Source: a virus. Taken from it: a DNA stretch of 64,000 bases. Location of the stretch: positions 1 through 64,000 of IMG/VR virus record IMGVR_UViG_3300044691_000371; one strand, given 5' to 3'. Below are positions 8,988-18,676 of this stretch, piece after piece; the stretch's first letter is position 1, and each line of letters begins with the position of its first letter. Position numbers and translations under genes: made by a program. The notes under the pieces were generated by a model. The model did no database searches. It was not told where the DNA came from and saw nothing but the letters and a program-made list of their open reading frames with translations.

Positions 8988-9018
8988 CCGCATTAAACTT
9001 TTGCGAGAAAATATGCAG
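8988..9018 (-). promoter_or_regulatory. 3' UTR hairpin antisense to its own gene's initiation region
   Basis: 8995-9004 is the reverse complement of 10021-10030, and 9008-9012 of 10016-10020; both lie in the loop of stem CTGCAT/ATGCGG. Confidence 0.55.
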
Positions 9019-9024
9019 GTTTTT

Positions 9025-10017
9025 TTAAATATGGCAATCGTAAATGCTCAATAAAGTATCTTCCGGTAATTCATCAATCATTTTATTAAATTCTCCCGAC
9101 CATTCTTTTTGATCTTTTTCGTTTGAAACACAAGCCAACCAACCCATTTCGCCTTTCTCGTACCATTTTCTATCTCTTATAAAAGCAAATGTACTGATTG
9201 TATTATTATAGGCGTTTGTTAAATATTCTTCCCTTGTAATAATAAAATCATCGCAAGAATCAAACATATCAATTATTTTATCTTTTTGAGCTTTTGCCCA
9301 GGCAACTAAACGAGGTTGAGAAAAATAATACGGCCTCGATTTGTCATTGCCGTATCCCATTCTTTCACCGATAGACTTCCACGTTTCATTAACTGGCAAG
9401 TCTTTTAATATTATCATTGCCGTATCGTATTTTTTTGCTGCCTTATCTATGCTTTCATTTCTCATTAAATCAAAATCTATATATTTTTTCAATGATTGAT
9501 CGGCAGTTCCTTTTTTTGCTTCTTTGGTCATTAAGCCTGGTTCACCTCTTTGCCCTAAAACTTCAAGTCCATCTTTAAGTTTAAAAAATCCAGTACAACG
9601 ACCTCCTAATAAATACCAATCCCATTTTGAATTTGGATTTGTCCATGTGCCATATTTGCCCTCTTTTTCATCCCTCGATTTATAACCGCACCATTCTTTC
9701 ATATATTCATCAAAAGTTGAATAAAGTTCTTTTAGTAACATTTCTCTTTGCTCTAAATATTCGGGTACTTTATGAGTATCCGATCCGGTTCCTAAAGTTC
9801 CTTTAATTCTAAATTCATCATCCCATGTATTAAGTATTCTACCATCAGGCATAATTACCTTAGTTGTAGTATCTGTTTCATATTGTGATAAATATTCTTC
9901 TTCATCACTTTCAAAAACCATAAATTCATCAGGACAATCGCCCATGTTATTTTCCTGATAAGGTGCTAATTGTTTTTCTGGGTCATTCCCAATTACTAAT
10001 ACTGTAAAATGTGACAT
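9025..10017 (-). CDS. Acidic phage protein of unknown function; start corrected to ATG 10017 (MSHFTVLVIG)
   Basis: NPNSKWDWYLLGGR, WYEKGEMGW and terminal DCHI motifs; flanked by its own promoter and terminator. Confidence 0.7.
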   Translation of the reverse strand: MSHFTVLVIGNDPEKQLAPYQENNMGDCPDEFMVFESDEEEYLSQYETDTTTKVIMPDGRILNTWDDEFRIKGTLGTGSDTHKVPEYLEQREMLLKELYSTFDEYMKEWCGYKSRDEKEGKYGTWTNPNSKWDWYLLGGRCTGFFKLKDGLEVLGQRGEPGLMTKEAKKGTADQSLKKYIDFDLMRNESIDKAAKKYDTAMIILKDLPVNETWKSIGERMGYGNDKSRPYYFSQPRLVAWAKAQKDKIIDMFDSCDDFIITREEYLTNAYNNTISTFAFIRDRKWYEKGEMGWLACVSNEKDQKEWSGEFNKMIDELPEDTLLSIYDCHI

Positions 10018-10058
10018 TTTGCAAAAGTTTTGATTTGTTAACGACATTGTTAACGCTT

Positions 10059-10090
10059 CAAATGTATAATTATGTTTTTATTTTTGCAAA
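10059..10090 (-). promoter_or_regulatory. Sigma70-type promoter
   Basis: TTTG-20 nt-TACATTTG. Confidence 0.75.
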
Positions 10091-10101
10091 CTTTATTTTA
10101 A

Positions 10102-10761
10102 TTATATTATAATAGTCTGCCCAGGCTGATTTTCCACTACCTTTAGCTTAACAGGAATATTGAGACTTCCTCTTACTGTCGCCGGTTGTATATCCTGAAT
10201 GATTATCGATGATATTTTCAACCCGTTTAAGTAGGTGTTTTGGATGGTTTGAACTGTGTTTACTTCCCAAAGCGTCCACAAGTTATTTAAATTTATTTGC
10301 GGAAAGGGATTATTTATTGCAGGGTTGCCAATTCCTGGCTGTGTCCCGACTGGCCTTATAGTAAAATCAAAGGTTATTTCATACGGCTTTCTACTGATAT
10401 GTTCGAATACTGAAACCCCGTCTATGATATGACTTTCTGCTAAAATCTTTTTCCCATTTAAGGTAATTATCGTGTCTAAAGGTAGTTGAAACCCGTTTAA
10501 GGATTGGATAGTTTGCAATTGAAAACCGTTCGCGCCAGTTCCTTGTGTAGTTATCTGGCCTATAAAAATAAAGGATGGATTATTAGTTAAATCCCTTGGT
10601 ATCGGTACAAAATTAGCCGGTATCTGTGCAGGTGTTTGTCCATTATAGTCTATTGTTGTTGGCACTTGTGGGATAGGTGCAAGCGGTGGTTTCGGTGGTA
10701 TGGTTGTTCCTGCGTATTGTACGGTCGGGTCAACTAATGGTATTCCGTTTATTATTGGCAT
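10102..10761 (-). CDS. Putative tail tube initiator (DUF6046-like)
   Basis: Follows tape measure; K.I....I.G.V.EHIS..PY.I and N.YLN.L.I..I.I patterns. Confidence 0.55.
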   Translation of the reverse strand: MPIINGIPLVDPTVQYAGTTIPPKPPLAPIPQVPTTIDYNGQTPAQIPANFVPIPRDLTNNPSFIFIGQITTQGTGANGFQLQTIQSLNGFQLPLDTIITLNGKKILAESHIIDGVSVFEHISRKPYEITFDFTIRPVGTQPGIGNPAINNPFPQINLNNLWTLWEVNTVQTIQNTYLNGLKISSIIIQDIQPATVRGSLNIPVKLKVVENQPGQTIII

Positions 10762-10770
10762 AGCTTTAAA

Positions 10771-12585
10771 TTATTGAGAATTAGTGCTGTCACTAAAATT
10801 ATTCAACATTTCTGTCATCTTTTCTATTGCTTCATCGGCTTGTGATTTTGATTCTTTTACACCTACATTTTGTTGGAATGGCCCATGAAAATCTATTTTT
10901 ATAATTTTTGCAGAACCTAATCCTCCGCTTGCTCCTGAAAGATTAGATGTATGTGTTGCATCACCTGTAATTCCACTTCCTGGATTGCTATAGCTTAATG
11001 GTTTTATTCCTAATTTTTGCAGTTGCAATTGTTTAGTTTGTAAATCGTGAAGCGTTCTTGTATACCCGCCAATCGTTTTTTGGGTTTCATTTAAAGCCTC
11101 ATTAAGTTTATCGGATGTTTTATTTGCTGCTGATGTTGATGTATAATCCCCCCCGAAACCTCTCGATCCTAAATAATTTAATGATGCTTGTTTTGATGCT
11201 CTATCGTAATCCTGAACCGCCTGCTTTGTTTTAACTAATTGCGGTTGTAATTGTGTTGCTAACTTATCCTGAATTTCTTTTATTTGACTTGAAATATCAG
11301 CATATAAAGCACTTTTTTGACTTTTATCTAAACCGCTTAAATTTGAATAGGCAAGGTCAATTTTATTTTTTGATTCCTGCGATTCCGCAAAAGCATCGCT
11401 GATTTGTTTTATTCCGCTTAATTTTTCTACAGTATCATCTATTTCCTTATTCCATGTTATAAATTTTTCAATCAATAACCCAATGCCTACAACTAATGCG
11501 CCTATCCCAGTTGTTGTTAAAGCTGATCTAAATCCTTCAAATGCAAGCGTACTTCCGTCAGTCATAACAGTAAGTTCGCCCATTGATAAAGCTAAGATTC
11601 CATTTTTTACTGCGACCGCTTCTGTTATTAATGCTACTCCACCCATTACAGCTTTATACCCTATCCAAATTGGAAGTAATTTTATCGCAATAGCAACTAA
11701 GTCTTTTATATGCTCTATGAAAAATTGAATTACCTCTGAATTAAACCCGGTTTTTATAGCGTTAACTATCTTTGTAAATGCAGGTATTAATGATACTTCA
11801 ACCTTTGAAATTACTTCGCCTATTCTGAATTGAAGTTCTTCCCATTGTTTAGAGGCAACTTGTATTTTACCTGCATCTGTTAACGCGAATGCTTGTGCCT
11901 GTCCTCCAAATTCCGTGTTTAATTCCTTTAAAATTATTGCTTGTGCTGCTACTAAATTACCTTGTGCAACATAATTTTTGATACTATCTCTTTGTGTTTG
12001 TGAAAATTCAACCCCCATTCTTTGCAAACGGGTCATACCTTTTAACGGGTCATTTATAGCTTTACCGATCTGTAAGGCTGCATCTGTCATACTTTCTTTA
12101 AAGAACGTAGCGAAGTCGGCGACCGTTTTGGTCGTTTGTGTAAACGTTCCCCCACGTATGTCATGGAATGAAAGTAACATACCTTGCGCATCTAAAATTT
12201 CATCTCTTTTAGCTATAATTACTTTGCTTAATTCTTTGGCTTGGTTCTGGATATCTTCACTGCTAAATCCTGCTGCAAACTTTGTTGACTTTAGAACCGT
12301 ATCGACCCTTGTAACCGCCTTTTCAAGCCCTTCAAACGCTTCTTTTGATTTTTCGATAAACTCCCACCCTTCGAATAATGCAGTTATTCCTAAGCCAGAT
12401 AAAAGCAGTCCTTTGAGGTTTTTGAAGGTCTCCCCCATGCGTTCGCCCATTGCCTCAAAATGTTCTGAAACTTCTTTAGTCGTAACTTTTGCTTTTACGC
12501 CCATTGATTCCAAAGAGGCTTCAACCTCTTTCATTTTGGCAGATACCAAGTTGTTGGCGCTTATGGTGAATCCGTATTCTGGCAT
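10771..12585 (-). CDS. Tape measure protein
   Basis: Long helical A/K/E-rich protein; AALQIGKAINDPLKGMTRLQRMG...QAIILKELNTEFGG; hydrophobic middle segment. Confidence 0.9.
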   Translation of the reverse strand: MPEYGFTISANNLVSAKMKEVEASLESMGVKAKVTTKEVSEHFEAMGERMGETFKNLKGLLLSGLGITALFEGWEFIEKSKEAFEGLEKAVTRVDTVLKSTKFAAGFSSEDIQNQAKELSKVIIAKRDEILDAQGMLLSFHDIRGGTFTQTTKTVADFATFFKESMTDAALQIGKAINDPLKGMTRLQRMGVEFSQTQRDSIKNYVAQGNLVAAQAIILKELNTEFGGQAQAFALTDAGKIQVASKQWEELQFRIGEVISKVEVSLIPAFTKIVNAIKTGFNSEVIQFFIEHIKDLVAIAIKLLPIWIGYKAVMGGVALITEAVAVKNGILALSMGELTVMTDGSTLAFEGFRSALTTTGIGALVVGIGLLIEKFITWNKEIDDTVEKLSGIKQISDAFAESQESKNKIDLAYSNLSGLDKSQKSALYADISSQIKEIQDKLATQLQPQLVKTKQAVQDYDRASKQASLNYLGSRGFGGDYTSTSAANKTSDKLNEALNETQKTIGGYTRTLHDLQTKQLQLQKLGIKPLSYSNPGSGITGDATHTSNLSGASGGLGSAKIIKIDFHGPFQQNVGVKESKSQADEAIEKMTEMLNNFSDSTNSQ

Positions 12586-12589
12586 ATCT

Positions 12590-12830
12590 TTACTCCTTCA
12601 TAAAAGGTGCTTGGAGCAACATTAAATGCTCTGTTAACATTATACTGTAATCTAAATATTCCTGACTAAACGGTGTTATGTCGTTTAGTATACTTTCCGG
12701 TAAAAAAAGGAAAGATCGGAACAATGTTTTCTTATAAAAAACAGCATCCCGATCTATTAATTCTTTTATTGCCTTTTTATGGTCTTCGTAATTGTTGGTT
12801 ATTTCGGAATTAAAACTGCAAAAAAAGGGG
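12590..12830 (-). CDS. -1 frameshift extension of tail assembly chaperone (gpGT-like)
   Basis: Slippery C CCT TTT TTT at 12820-12830. The -1 frame is open to TAA at 12590-12592 (FCSFNSEITNNYEDHKK...LLQAPFMKE), ending 4 nt before the tape measure start. Confidence 0.8.
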
Positions 12831-13188
12831 ATATTTTTTCATTCAAAAGCCACATTCCGAAGATTATAACTGCACCATTATCGTTTAAAAAGTTAATCTT
12901 ATCATTGCCGTTAAAGTTTTCATCAACAACTAAAAGCACGTCAATTGCTTTTTCTGTTATATCGATTAAAGCTTCATGGTCAAGTTGTAATTCGCCTTCG
13001 CCTTTTGATTTAAACACACTCATTAACAATGCCTGTAATTTGCGTTGTTCTTTGTCTGTCCTTGAAAACTCTTTGAATGTTGCGGTTTTTTTTACTTCTT
13101 TTTCGATGTGCATCCCCATTGTTCCGGCGGTTGTATCGAAATAGGCTGGGTCAATGAAAGAAATCTCTTTTTGATAAACTAATGACAT
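12799..13188 (-). CDS. Tail assembly chaperone (gpG-like)
   Basis: Between tube and tape measure; slippery site near the 3' end. Confidence 0.75.
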   Translation of the reverse strand: MSLVYQKEISFIDPAYFDTTAGTMGMHIEKEVKKTATFKEFSRTDKEQRKLQALLMSVFKSKGEGELQLDHEALIDITEKAIDVLLVVDENFNGNDKINFLNDNGAVIIFGMWLLNEKISPFFAVLIPK

Positions 13189-13232
13189 AATTAAAATTTG
13201 GTGCTATTACCCTCACTTTTCACCCTCTTTTG

Positions 13233-13661
13233 TTAAACGCCTAAACCTATTGCAAGCCAATCTAAAGAAACTAAAGTCTCTTTATCTTTCGCTTTTATTG
13301 AACTTGAATCGCTGTTACAATTTACAAACTGATATGACTTAGCAAATCCACCTGTTAAGGCTGCTACGGCCAGTTGTGCGCCCCTTATTTGTATTGATGA
13401 ACTAAATCCACATACAGCAAGTAAAGCGTTTATTTCGCCTAATTGCAGCGATATTTTGCCGTCATATTTATTTTCGTTTGACTGGTTGCCTATCGGGTCT
13501 GCCTGACCTATTGCGTAAATTAATTCACCTGATGATGTATCGTTAAAATCAAAAGTTTGAACAGTTTTTAATGGTACTGCAACAATTCCCGTAGCTGTAG
13601 GTATTGTTATGAAAATACTACAGGTTGCTGAATTTATTACGAGTTGATTAAGATTTGCCAT
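13233..13661 (-). CDS. Tail tube protein
   Basis: 142 aa after sheath; IYAIGQADPIG.Q..ENKYDGKISL pattern. Confidence 0.7.
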   Translation of the reverse strand: MANLNQLVINSATCSIFITIPTATGIVAVPLKTVQTFDFNDTSSGELIYAIGQADPIGNQSNENKYDGKISLQLGEINALLAVCGFSSSIQIRGAQLAVAALTGGFAKSYQFVNCNSDSSSIKAKDKETLVSLDWLAIGLGV

Positions 13662-13662
13662 T

Positions 13663-15051
13663 TTATACTGTTGTGCTAAATGTTACCGTACCTGTTACGT
13701 TTCCTAAAACTGTTGATCTGGTGATTGTCAAAGTGAAAAATACCGCGCCTGTTGCATTGTAAGTTGGCCCTGTTATTACTAACGTTGCCCCTACTATATC
13801 CCCGTTATTTACAAGAGGTACGATGTAGGTTTGATTAAAGGCATTCTGCTGCGTTGCAATCCACGTTGGTAGTAATTGTCCTGTCGATGGCAAAGAAGGC
13901 AATGTAGACCCCTTAAACTGCGTGAAAAAGGCTAATGCGTCTGCGCTCAATGCGTTTGCAACTCGATTGTATTCCTGGCTTGATTCTGCTAAGGCTATCG
14001 ATGTACAAGTTGCCCCGTCATTCCAGTAAAATCCACTTTGTTCAAACTGTGTGCAAAGGAACATGTATTGGCTATTTCCAAGCGTTGTAATCGTTCCGTT
14101 TTGACCTTGTGTTAATGCACCTACTGGTGTCCCACCTGTTACTGCATAACCTCCGTTTGATGTTGTAAATGATGTATGTCCGGCTACACTTGTGAATGTT
14201 TGTCCTGGCTGATAAGTTATACCGTTGTATGTAATCGGTGCAGCTATAACCGTGAAAACATATCCTATTGGTAAGTTTCCACCTGTTCCTGATATAACGT
14301 TTTCTCCAATAAGAACACCATTGGTCAAATATGCCGTTGGGGTTGTTACTGGGCCGTCTGCTACCGCTCCAAATCCATGCCCTACACTAATCCTTGCAAA
14401 ACGACCCAGTGCCAACCCTACACCTCCTACCCCGTTTGGTTGGGTTCCGGTGATACACAAACTTACTGACTGCGCGTTTTGATTCGTCATTGTCGGTAAT
14501 TGTGCAGGAGTTAAGTTAGGGTTCATATTATTACCGTCCAAAATGGCTGACCACTGGAAGTAATTTGTAAACATTGATAATTCTGCTGCTTGTATCGCTG
14601 CTAATGCTGTTAAAACATCAGGTTTAAACGATGTCGATACATTCGGTGTTTGAGGTACTAAATACGCAAAACCGATCATTTTAGCCCTGTTAGCTGGATT
14701 TGATGCGGATGTTGATTGTACTAAACTTGTAAACGTTGTTGACGTTACGTAGGTTGTATAGCCTTGTGTTGGTGCTGTTACCACTAACCAAAGTAACGCC
14801 CCGTCATTTAAACTACCATTGTAAAACTCATTTACGTGGCCGAAAATATAGGTGTTATTCGCTTCATCAAGTGCTTGGCTTATGCCTAATGCTAAACCAT
14901 CGGCTAAACTTGTAAGTAAATAAGCGGTATCAAGTGCTAAAGTGTTTCCGATAGCGTAACCGTGAATAAAAATCATCATTACGCCGTCTGATGAAGCCGG
15001 TATTCCTATTTGATTGTTATTAACGGAAATGTTTATATTGTGGCTTGCCAT
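13663..15051 (-). CDS. Tail sheath protein (DUF2586-like)
   Basis: HVNEFY, VGLALGRFA, G.V.DG, GFYWNDG.T, EYNRVAN motifs; size and synteny. Confidence 0.8.
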   Translation of the reverse strand: MASHNINISVNNNQIGIPASSDGVMMIFIHGYAIGNTLALDTAYLLTSLADGLALGISQALDEANNTYIFGHVNEFYNGSLNDGALLWLVVTAPTQGYTTYVTSTTFTSLVQSTSASNPANRAKMIGFAYLVPQTPNVSTSFKPDVLTALAAIQAAELSMFTNYFQWSAILDGNNMNPNLTPAQLPTMTNQNAQSVSLCITGTQPNGVGGVGLALGRFARISVGHGFGAVADGPVTTPTAYLTNGVLIGENVISGTGGNLPIGYVFTVIAAPITYNGITYQPGQTFTSVAGHTSFTTSNGGYAVTGGTPVGALTQGQNGTITTLGNSQYMFLCTQFEQSGFYWNDGATCTSIALAESSQEYNRVANALSADALAFFTQFKGSTLPSLPSTGQLLPTWIATQQNAFNQTYIVPLVNNGDIVGATLVITGPTYNATGAVFFTLTITRSTVLGNVTGTVTFSTTV

Positions 15052-15054
15052 TTT

Positions 15055-15255
15055 TTAGCTTTTTGATGCTGCTTTGTTGAATCTTGAATAATCTATTTCG
15101 CCGGTTGGTTGATAAACGTCTGATGATTGATTTCGATTAATGCCTTTGACCTGTGTTTCATTTATTGCGGCTCTTTTTAAGTGAGCATTTAATAAATGAT
15201 TTTGGTTTTGGGCATTAATCTTTAATCTCTCTATTTCAGCTAAACTTTTAGGCAT
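15055..15255 (-). CDS. Small head-associated hypothetical protein
   Basis: C-terminal DVYQPTGEIDYSRFNK shared with the upstream neighbour. Confidence 0.55.
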   Translation of the reverse strand: MPKSLAEIERLKINAQNQNHLLNAHLKRAAINETQVKGINRNQSSDVYQPTGEIDYSRFNKAASKS

Positions 15256-15664
15256 TCACTTTATTGAATTTGCTGTAGTCAATTTCACCTGCCGGTTCGT
15301 GAACATCTGCCCTGAAATCAGTTTCACTTTGGCGAATGTTTGTTACGCGTCCGCTTGTTTGATGTACTGATGATTCTTTTACAGCTTCTTCCTGCATTTT
15401 TGATTGCATAAGCATTTGTTTAGCTTGCTCAACCGTCTTTGGCATGTTCGCTTTACTTATTTTAACACGGTACGAGTTTTCTTCATGACCCCTGTTAAAT
15501 TGTTCTGCGTGGTTTTTGCTATGATCTTGCTTTTCTGGCTCCAAAGGATTGAATGTGTAAACCGGAAATATATCGCCGCTTCCATGCAACCAAACTTCTG
15601 GATAACCTGAATTTAAACAATCCCAAATGGTTTGCAAATTGCAGTCGTGAATTTTTAACTTCAT
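15248..15664 (-). CDS. Hypothetical protein after major capsid gene
   Basis: C-terminal DVHEPAGEIDYSKFNK. Confidence 0.6.
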   Translation of the reverse strand: MKLKIHDCNLQTIWDCLNSGYPEVWLHGSGDIFPVYTFNPLEPEKQDHSKNHAEQFNRGHEENSYRVKISKANMPKTVEQAKQMLMQSKMQEEAVKESSVHQTSGRVTNIRQSETDFRADVHEPAGEIDYSKFNKVNA

Positions 15665-15682
15665 TTTTCTTTATTTATTTGA

Positions 15683-18418
15683 TTAAGAAATTATTTCTGG
15701 ACCGTATGCTAAGATCGAAGTCCCGTCACCGTTAGTACGTAAAGGAGTGATACCCATACGAACATCTGCACTCATTTTGTAACCATATGCGGTTGGGTCT
15801 TGAATCATGAACACATCTAAGTTACCGATACCGATACCAACCTGTGATGGTATAAACCCTAAGTTTGCCGATGTTGCAACCGATGGAATGATACCGAAAG
15901 GCGACAATACTTGTGCTGTCTGTGGGTTAAACGCTAACACCCGTGAACGTTGAGTGAAACGTGTATGGGAAAATGCTAACTGATCTTTACCACTATCATC
16001 AACCCAACGAGTTAACAATGATTGGCTTTGGCCTGTTTGTTTTATCAGCGTGTTTGTGGTTGGATCGATAACCAAAATCGGTTTTTCGTTATCCAAATCA
16101 AAGTTTTGTTTGTTGTAAACCAATTCAGGTACTAAAACGTCATTCAAAGTTGGGTTGTTTAACGATCCCTGGAACAATGAGTTATAGTAGAATGAATATG
16201 GGTTATCAACGTTTCCGTTAAGTACAAACTGCTGGGCGGTTGTGTTACCTCCTGTTGGGTTCGGGCTTATACCTGTTGAATATGTAATCGATTTGTGGGG
16301 TACTGATGCGCCTAAAGTGTATAAAAGGAAATCATCAATGTAAGTACCCATTACTGCAAATGATTGCGCCCATCCTGTTGACATTTGATCGTAACGCAAT
16401 TGCGCCATTGTCAACGGTGTCCAAAGTATCGGCTGCATCCAGAACGGTGTTAAGTTAAGGGCAACCGCTGTATCTGTGTATGTGTAGTTAGCAGGGCTAA
16501 CTGGTTGCGTACCCATGTAAATTGTTGGGTTAGCCGCTATGTTTGCCCATATTAAACCGGTGTTATTTTCAGTCGTTTGCGCTCCAAAAATTGGAATATC
16601 GTTTTTCCAGCTTGTGGTTGGGAACAATTTGAATATCGCAAGGTCTAAGAAGTCCATTGCAAACAAATCCGGTGATGCTAAGAAGTTATCAGTTGCTGTA
16701 AGCGTCGATAATGTTTTAGTGCTTCCGTTTTGGAAATTCGTATAGTTGATGTTACCGCCTTGCAAACGTGATATAAGTGCGTCAACCGATTCCCCTGGTT
16801 CGCTTTGGCTATTTCTGCGGAACGATTTGTAGTTCTGCTCTGTAGCGTTCATTACAACACGGGTCTTATCAAATATCGCTTTGTACTTAGGCTCGTTACG
16901 TAAGGCTGAAAGATAAGCTCCTAATTCAACTGCTTCTGTACCCTCTGTATGGCTTTGTACCTTTGCAATCAATTTTTTACCTGAATCATCCGCTTTCAAT
17001 TGTGACATTGTTTTTGGATAACCACCGGTGAATGCGATACGGTTTGAAGGGTTTGGCTTTGCTGCAAGTTTCATTTTATCGGCTGCAACATCCGCTTTTA
17101 ATTCGTCCATTGTTTTGAGTTTAACTTTGCCAGCCGCCAGTTTCGAAGCTAATTCTTCTTTTTCTTTAACCTTTTTCTTAGCTGCTTTCATTTCGGCTGA
17201 ATCATCCATGTCGTCCATATCGGATTCAAGCTGTGAACACATTTCAACAGCGTCTTCAGCTTCTTTTTTAGCCTTTAAAAATTCCTCTTTGTCTTCATCA
17301 GAAGCATCTGCCTTTTCGGCTTTTTCTTTTGCTGCCAATGCTGATGCGGTTAAAGCTGAAGCGTTCATCATTGCGGTTTGCAGTTTTTCTTTAGCTTCCT
17401 GTTTAGCTTTCATCTTTCCAACGCTTTCTTCAAGCTTATTGAAAAGTGCTTTATCAGCTTCCCCGCTATTTTTTACATCATAAAGATTTTTTGCTGGTGG
17501 CGGGTTTAAGGTTGGAGTAGTATCGCCGTAAATAGAATTGTCGCCTGATAATGCAACAACTGCACTCTTAAACATATCTACGATTTGCGAACCTGATCCG
17601 GCTTTTTTCTTTTTGTCGTCTTCCTCTTTTGCTGCTTTAATCACATCTGGAAGTTCGGCGGCTGTTTTCTTTTCAGCGGCTAACTTGGCTGCCTCATCTT
17701 GTTCGGCTTTCAATTTGTCAGCACTTAGTTTATCAGCCTTGGTTTTGTCGGCTGCAAGTTTATCGGCGTTTTCCTTTTTCACTTTGTCTTCCGCGTCTTT
17801 AACCAATTTTTTTGCGGCCTCTAATTCCTGATCTTCCATTGTTTTTAGTTTGCTATTTAAGGTTGTTAACTCTTTTTCTAATGTTTTTAAACTTATCTCA
17901 TCGTAGCATTTTGCGTTTAAAAGTTCCGCGTTTGCTGTTAGATAACTTTGTTTTTGTACCGCATCCATGTTTGATGGAATTGTTACCATGCTTATTTCGT
18001 ATATTTCAAAAGTGGTTGCAACTGCTAAACCGTCTTTGTCTGTCCAAATTTCAGGGGTTTGATTTCCATCTTTATCCCTCGTCATTTTTCCAGTGGTTTT
18101 GAGTTCTTTAAACCCACCTATCGAACAAGCTTTCAAATATCCCGCTTCCCACAATTCGCTTGCTTGGCGGCTTTCTTCTGTGATTTTGTGAAAGACCGGA
18201 ACCCCTGTCCATTCACCATCGTTGAAGTCAATGTCGGTCATGTGACCCAATGGAAGCGATTCCCAATTATGCTGTGATAGAAGTACCGGATTTTTACTAT
18301 ATCTTCCGAAATCTAACACGTCATTTGGGATTCGAAACCCCTGATCGTTTGGGGTGTTTGTGCTAAAAACTATTCTCTTTCCCGACATTTCGGTATAAAA
18401 ATAAATTAAGCGTTTCAT
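15683..18418 (-). CDS. Prohead protease - scaffold - major capsid polyprotein
   Basis: N-terminal HK97-type protease (NPVLLSQH, KACSIGG, YEISMVTIPSN); central K/E/A coiled coil; C-terminal ~340-aa capsid-like domain. Likely start is MSGKRIV (18388). Confidence 0.85.
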   Translation of the reverse strand: MKRLIYFYTEMSGKRIVFSTNTPNDQGFRIPNDVLDFGRYSKNPVLLSQHNWESLPLGHMTDIDFNDGEWTGVPVFHKITEESRQASELWEAGYLKACSIGGFKELKTTGKMTRDKDGNQTPEIWTDKDGLAVATTFEIYEISMVTIPSNMDAVQKQSYLTANAELLNAKCYDEISLKTLEKELTTLNSKLKTMEDQELEAAKKLVKDAEDKVKKENADKLAADKTKADKLSADKLKAEQDEAAKLAAEKKTAAELPDVIKAAKEEDDKKKKAGSGSQIVDMFKSAVVALSGDNSIYGDTTPTLNPPPAKNLYDVKNSGEADKALFNKLEESVGKMKAKQEAKEKLQTAMMNASALTASALAAKEKAEKADASDEDKEEFLKAKKEAEDAVEMCSQLESDMDDMDDSAEMKAAKKKVKEKEELASKLAAGKVKLKTMDELKADVAADKMKLAAKPNPSNRIAFTGGYPKTMSQLKADDSGKKLIAKVQSHTEGTEAVELGAYLSALRNEPKYKAIFDKTRVVMNATEQNYKSFRRNSQSEPGESVDALISRLQGGNINYTNFQNGSTKTLSTLTATDNFLASPDLFAMDFLDLAIFKLFPTTSWKNDIPIFGAQTTENNTGLIWANIAANPTIYMGTQPVSPANYTYTDTAVALNLTPFWMQPILWTPLTMAQLRYDQMSTGWAQSFAVMGTYIDDFLLYTLGASVPHKSITYSTGISPNPTGGNTTAQQFVLNGNVDNPYSFYYNSLFQGSLNNPTLNDVLVPELVYNKQNFDLDNEKPILVIDPTTNTLIKQTGQSQSLLTRWVDDSGKDQLAFSHTRFTQRSRVLAFNPQTAQVLSPFGIIPSVATSANLGFIPSQVGIGIGNLDVFMIQDPTAYGYKMSADVRMGITPLRTNGDGTSILAYGPEIIS

Positions 18419-18448
18419 ATATTAATTTTTATATAATTAACTATATAT

Positions 18449-18676
18449 TTGAAATTAATTATGAATGTTGAACCATACAGAAAAATGAGATCGCGAGAAT
18501 TAAGATTAATGCGTGTCGATTGTAAGATTACACAAGTTCAATTATCTGCTTTATCTGGATTAACACAGTCTACAATTAGTAAAATTGAAAGAGGTATTGT
18601 TTCATGGAGCATTGATAATGAAATCCTTTATTTTGAAACCTTAAAAAAATATATTGATGAAAAAAAAGATAATTGA
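18449..18676 (+). CDS. XRE-family helix-turn-helix regulator
   Basis: LRLMR...ITQVQLSALSGLTQSTISKIERG. TATATTTG box at 18444-18451 suggests a start at ATG 18461. Confidence 0.85.
   Translation: MKLIMNVEPYRKMRSRELRLMRVDCKITQVQLSALSGLTQSTISKIERGIVSWSIDNEILYFETLKKYIDEKKDN

Noticed and set aside
11483-18277. Plus-strand ORFs opposite tape measure, sheath and capsid genes (11978-12625, 12779-13144, 17028-17483 and others)
   Set aside because: Shadow frames of strongly biased coding sequence, with no motifs or initiation signals.
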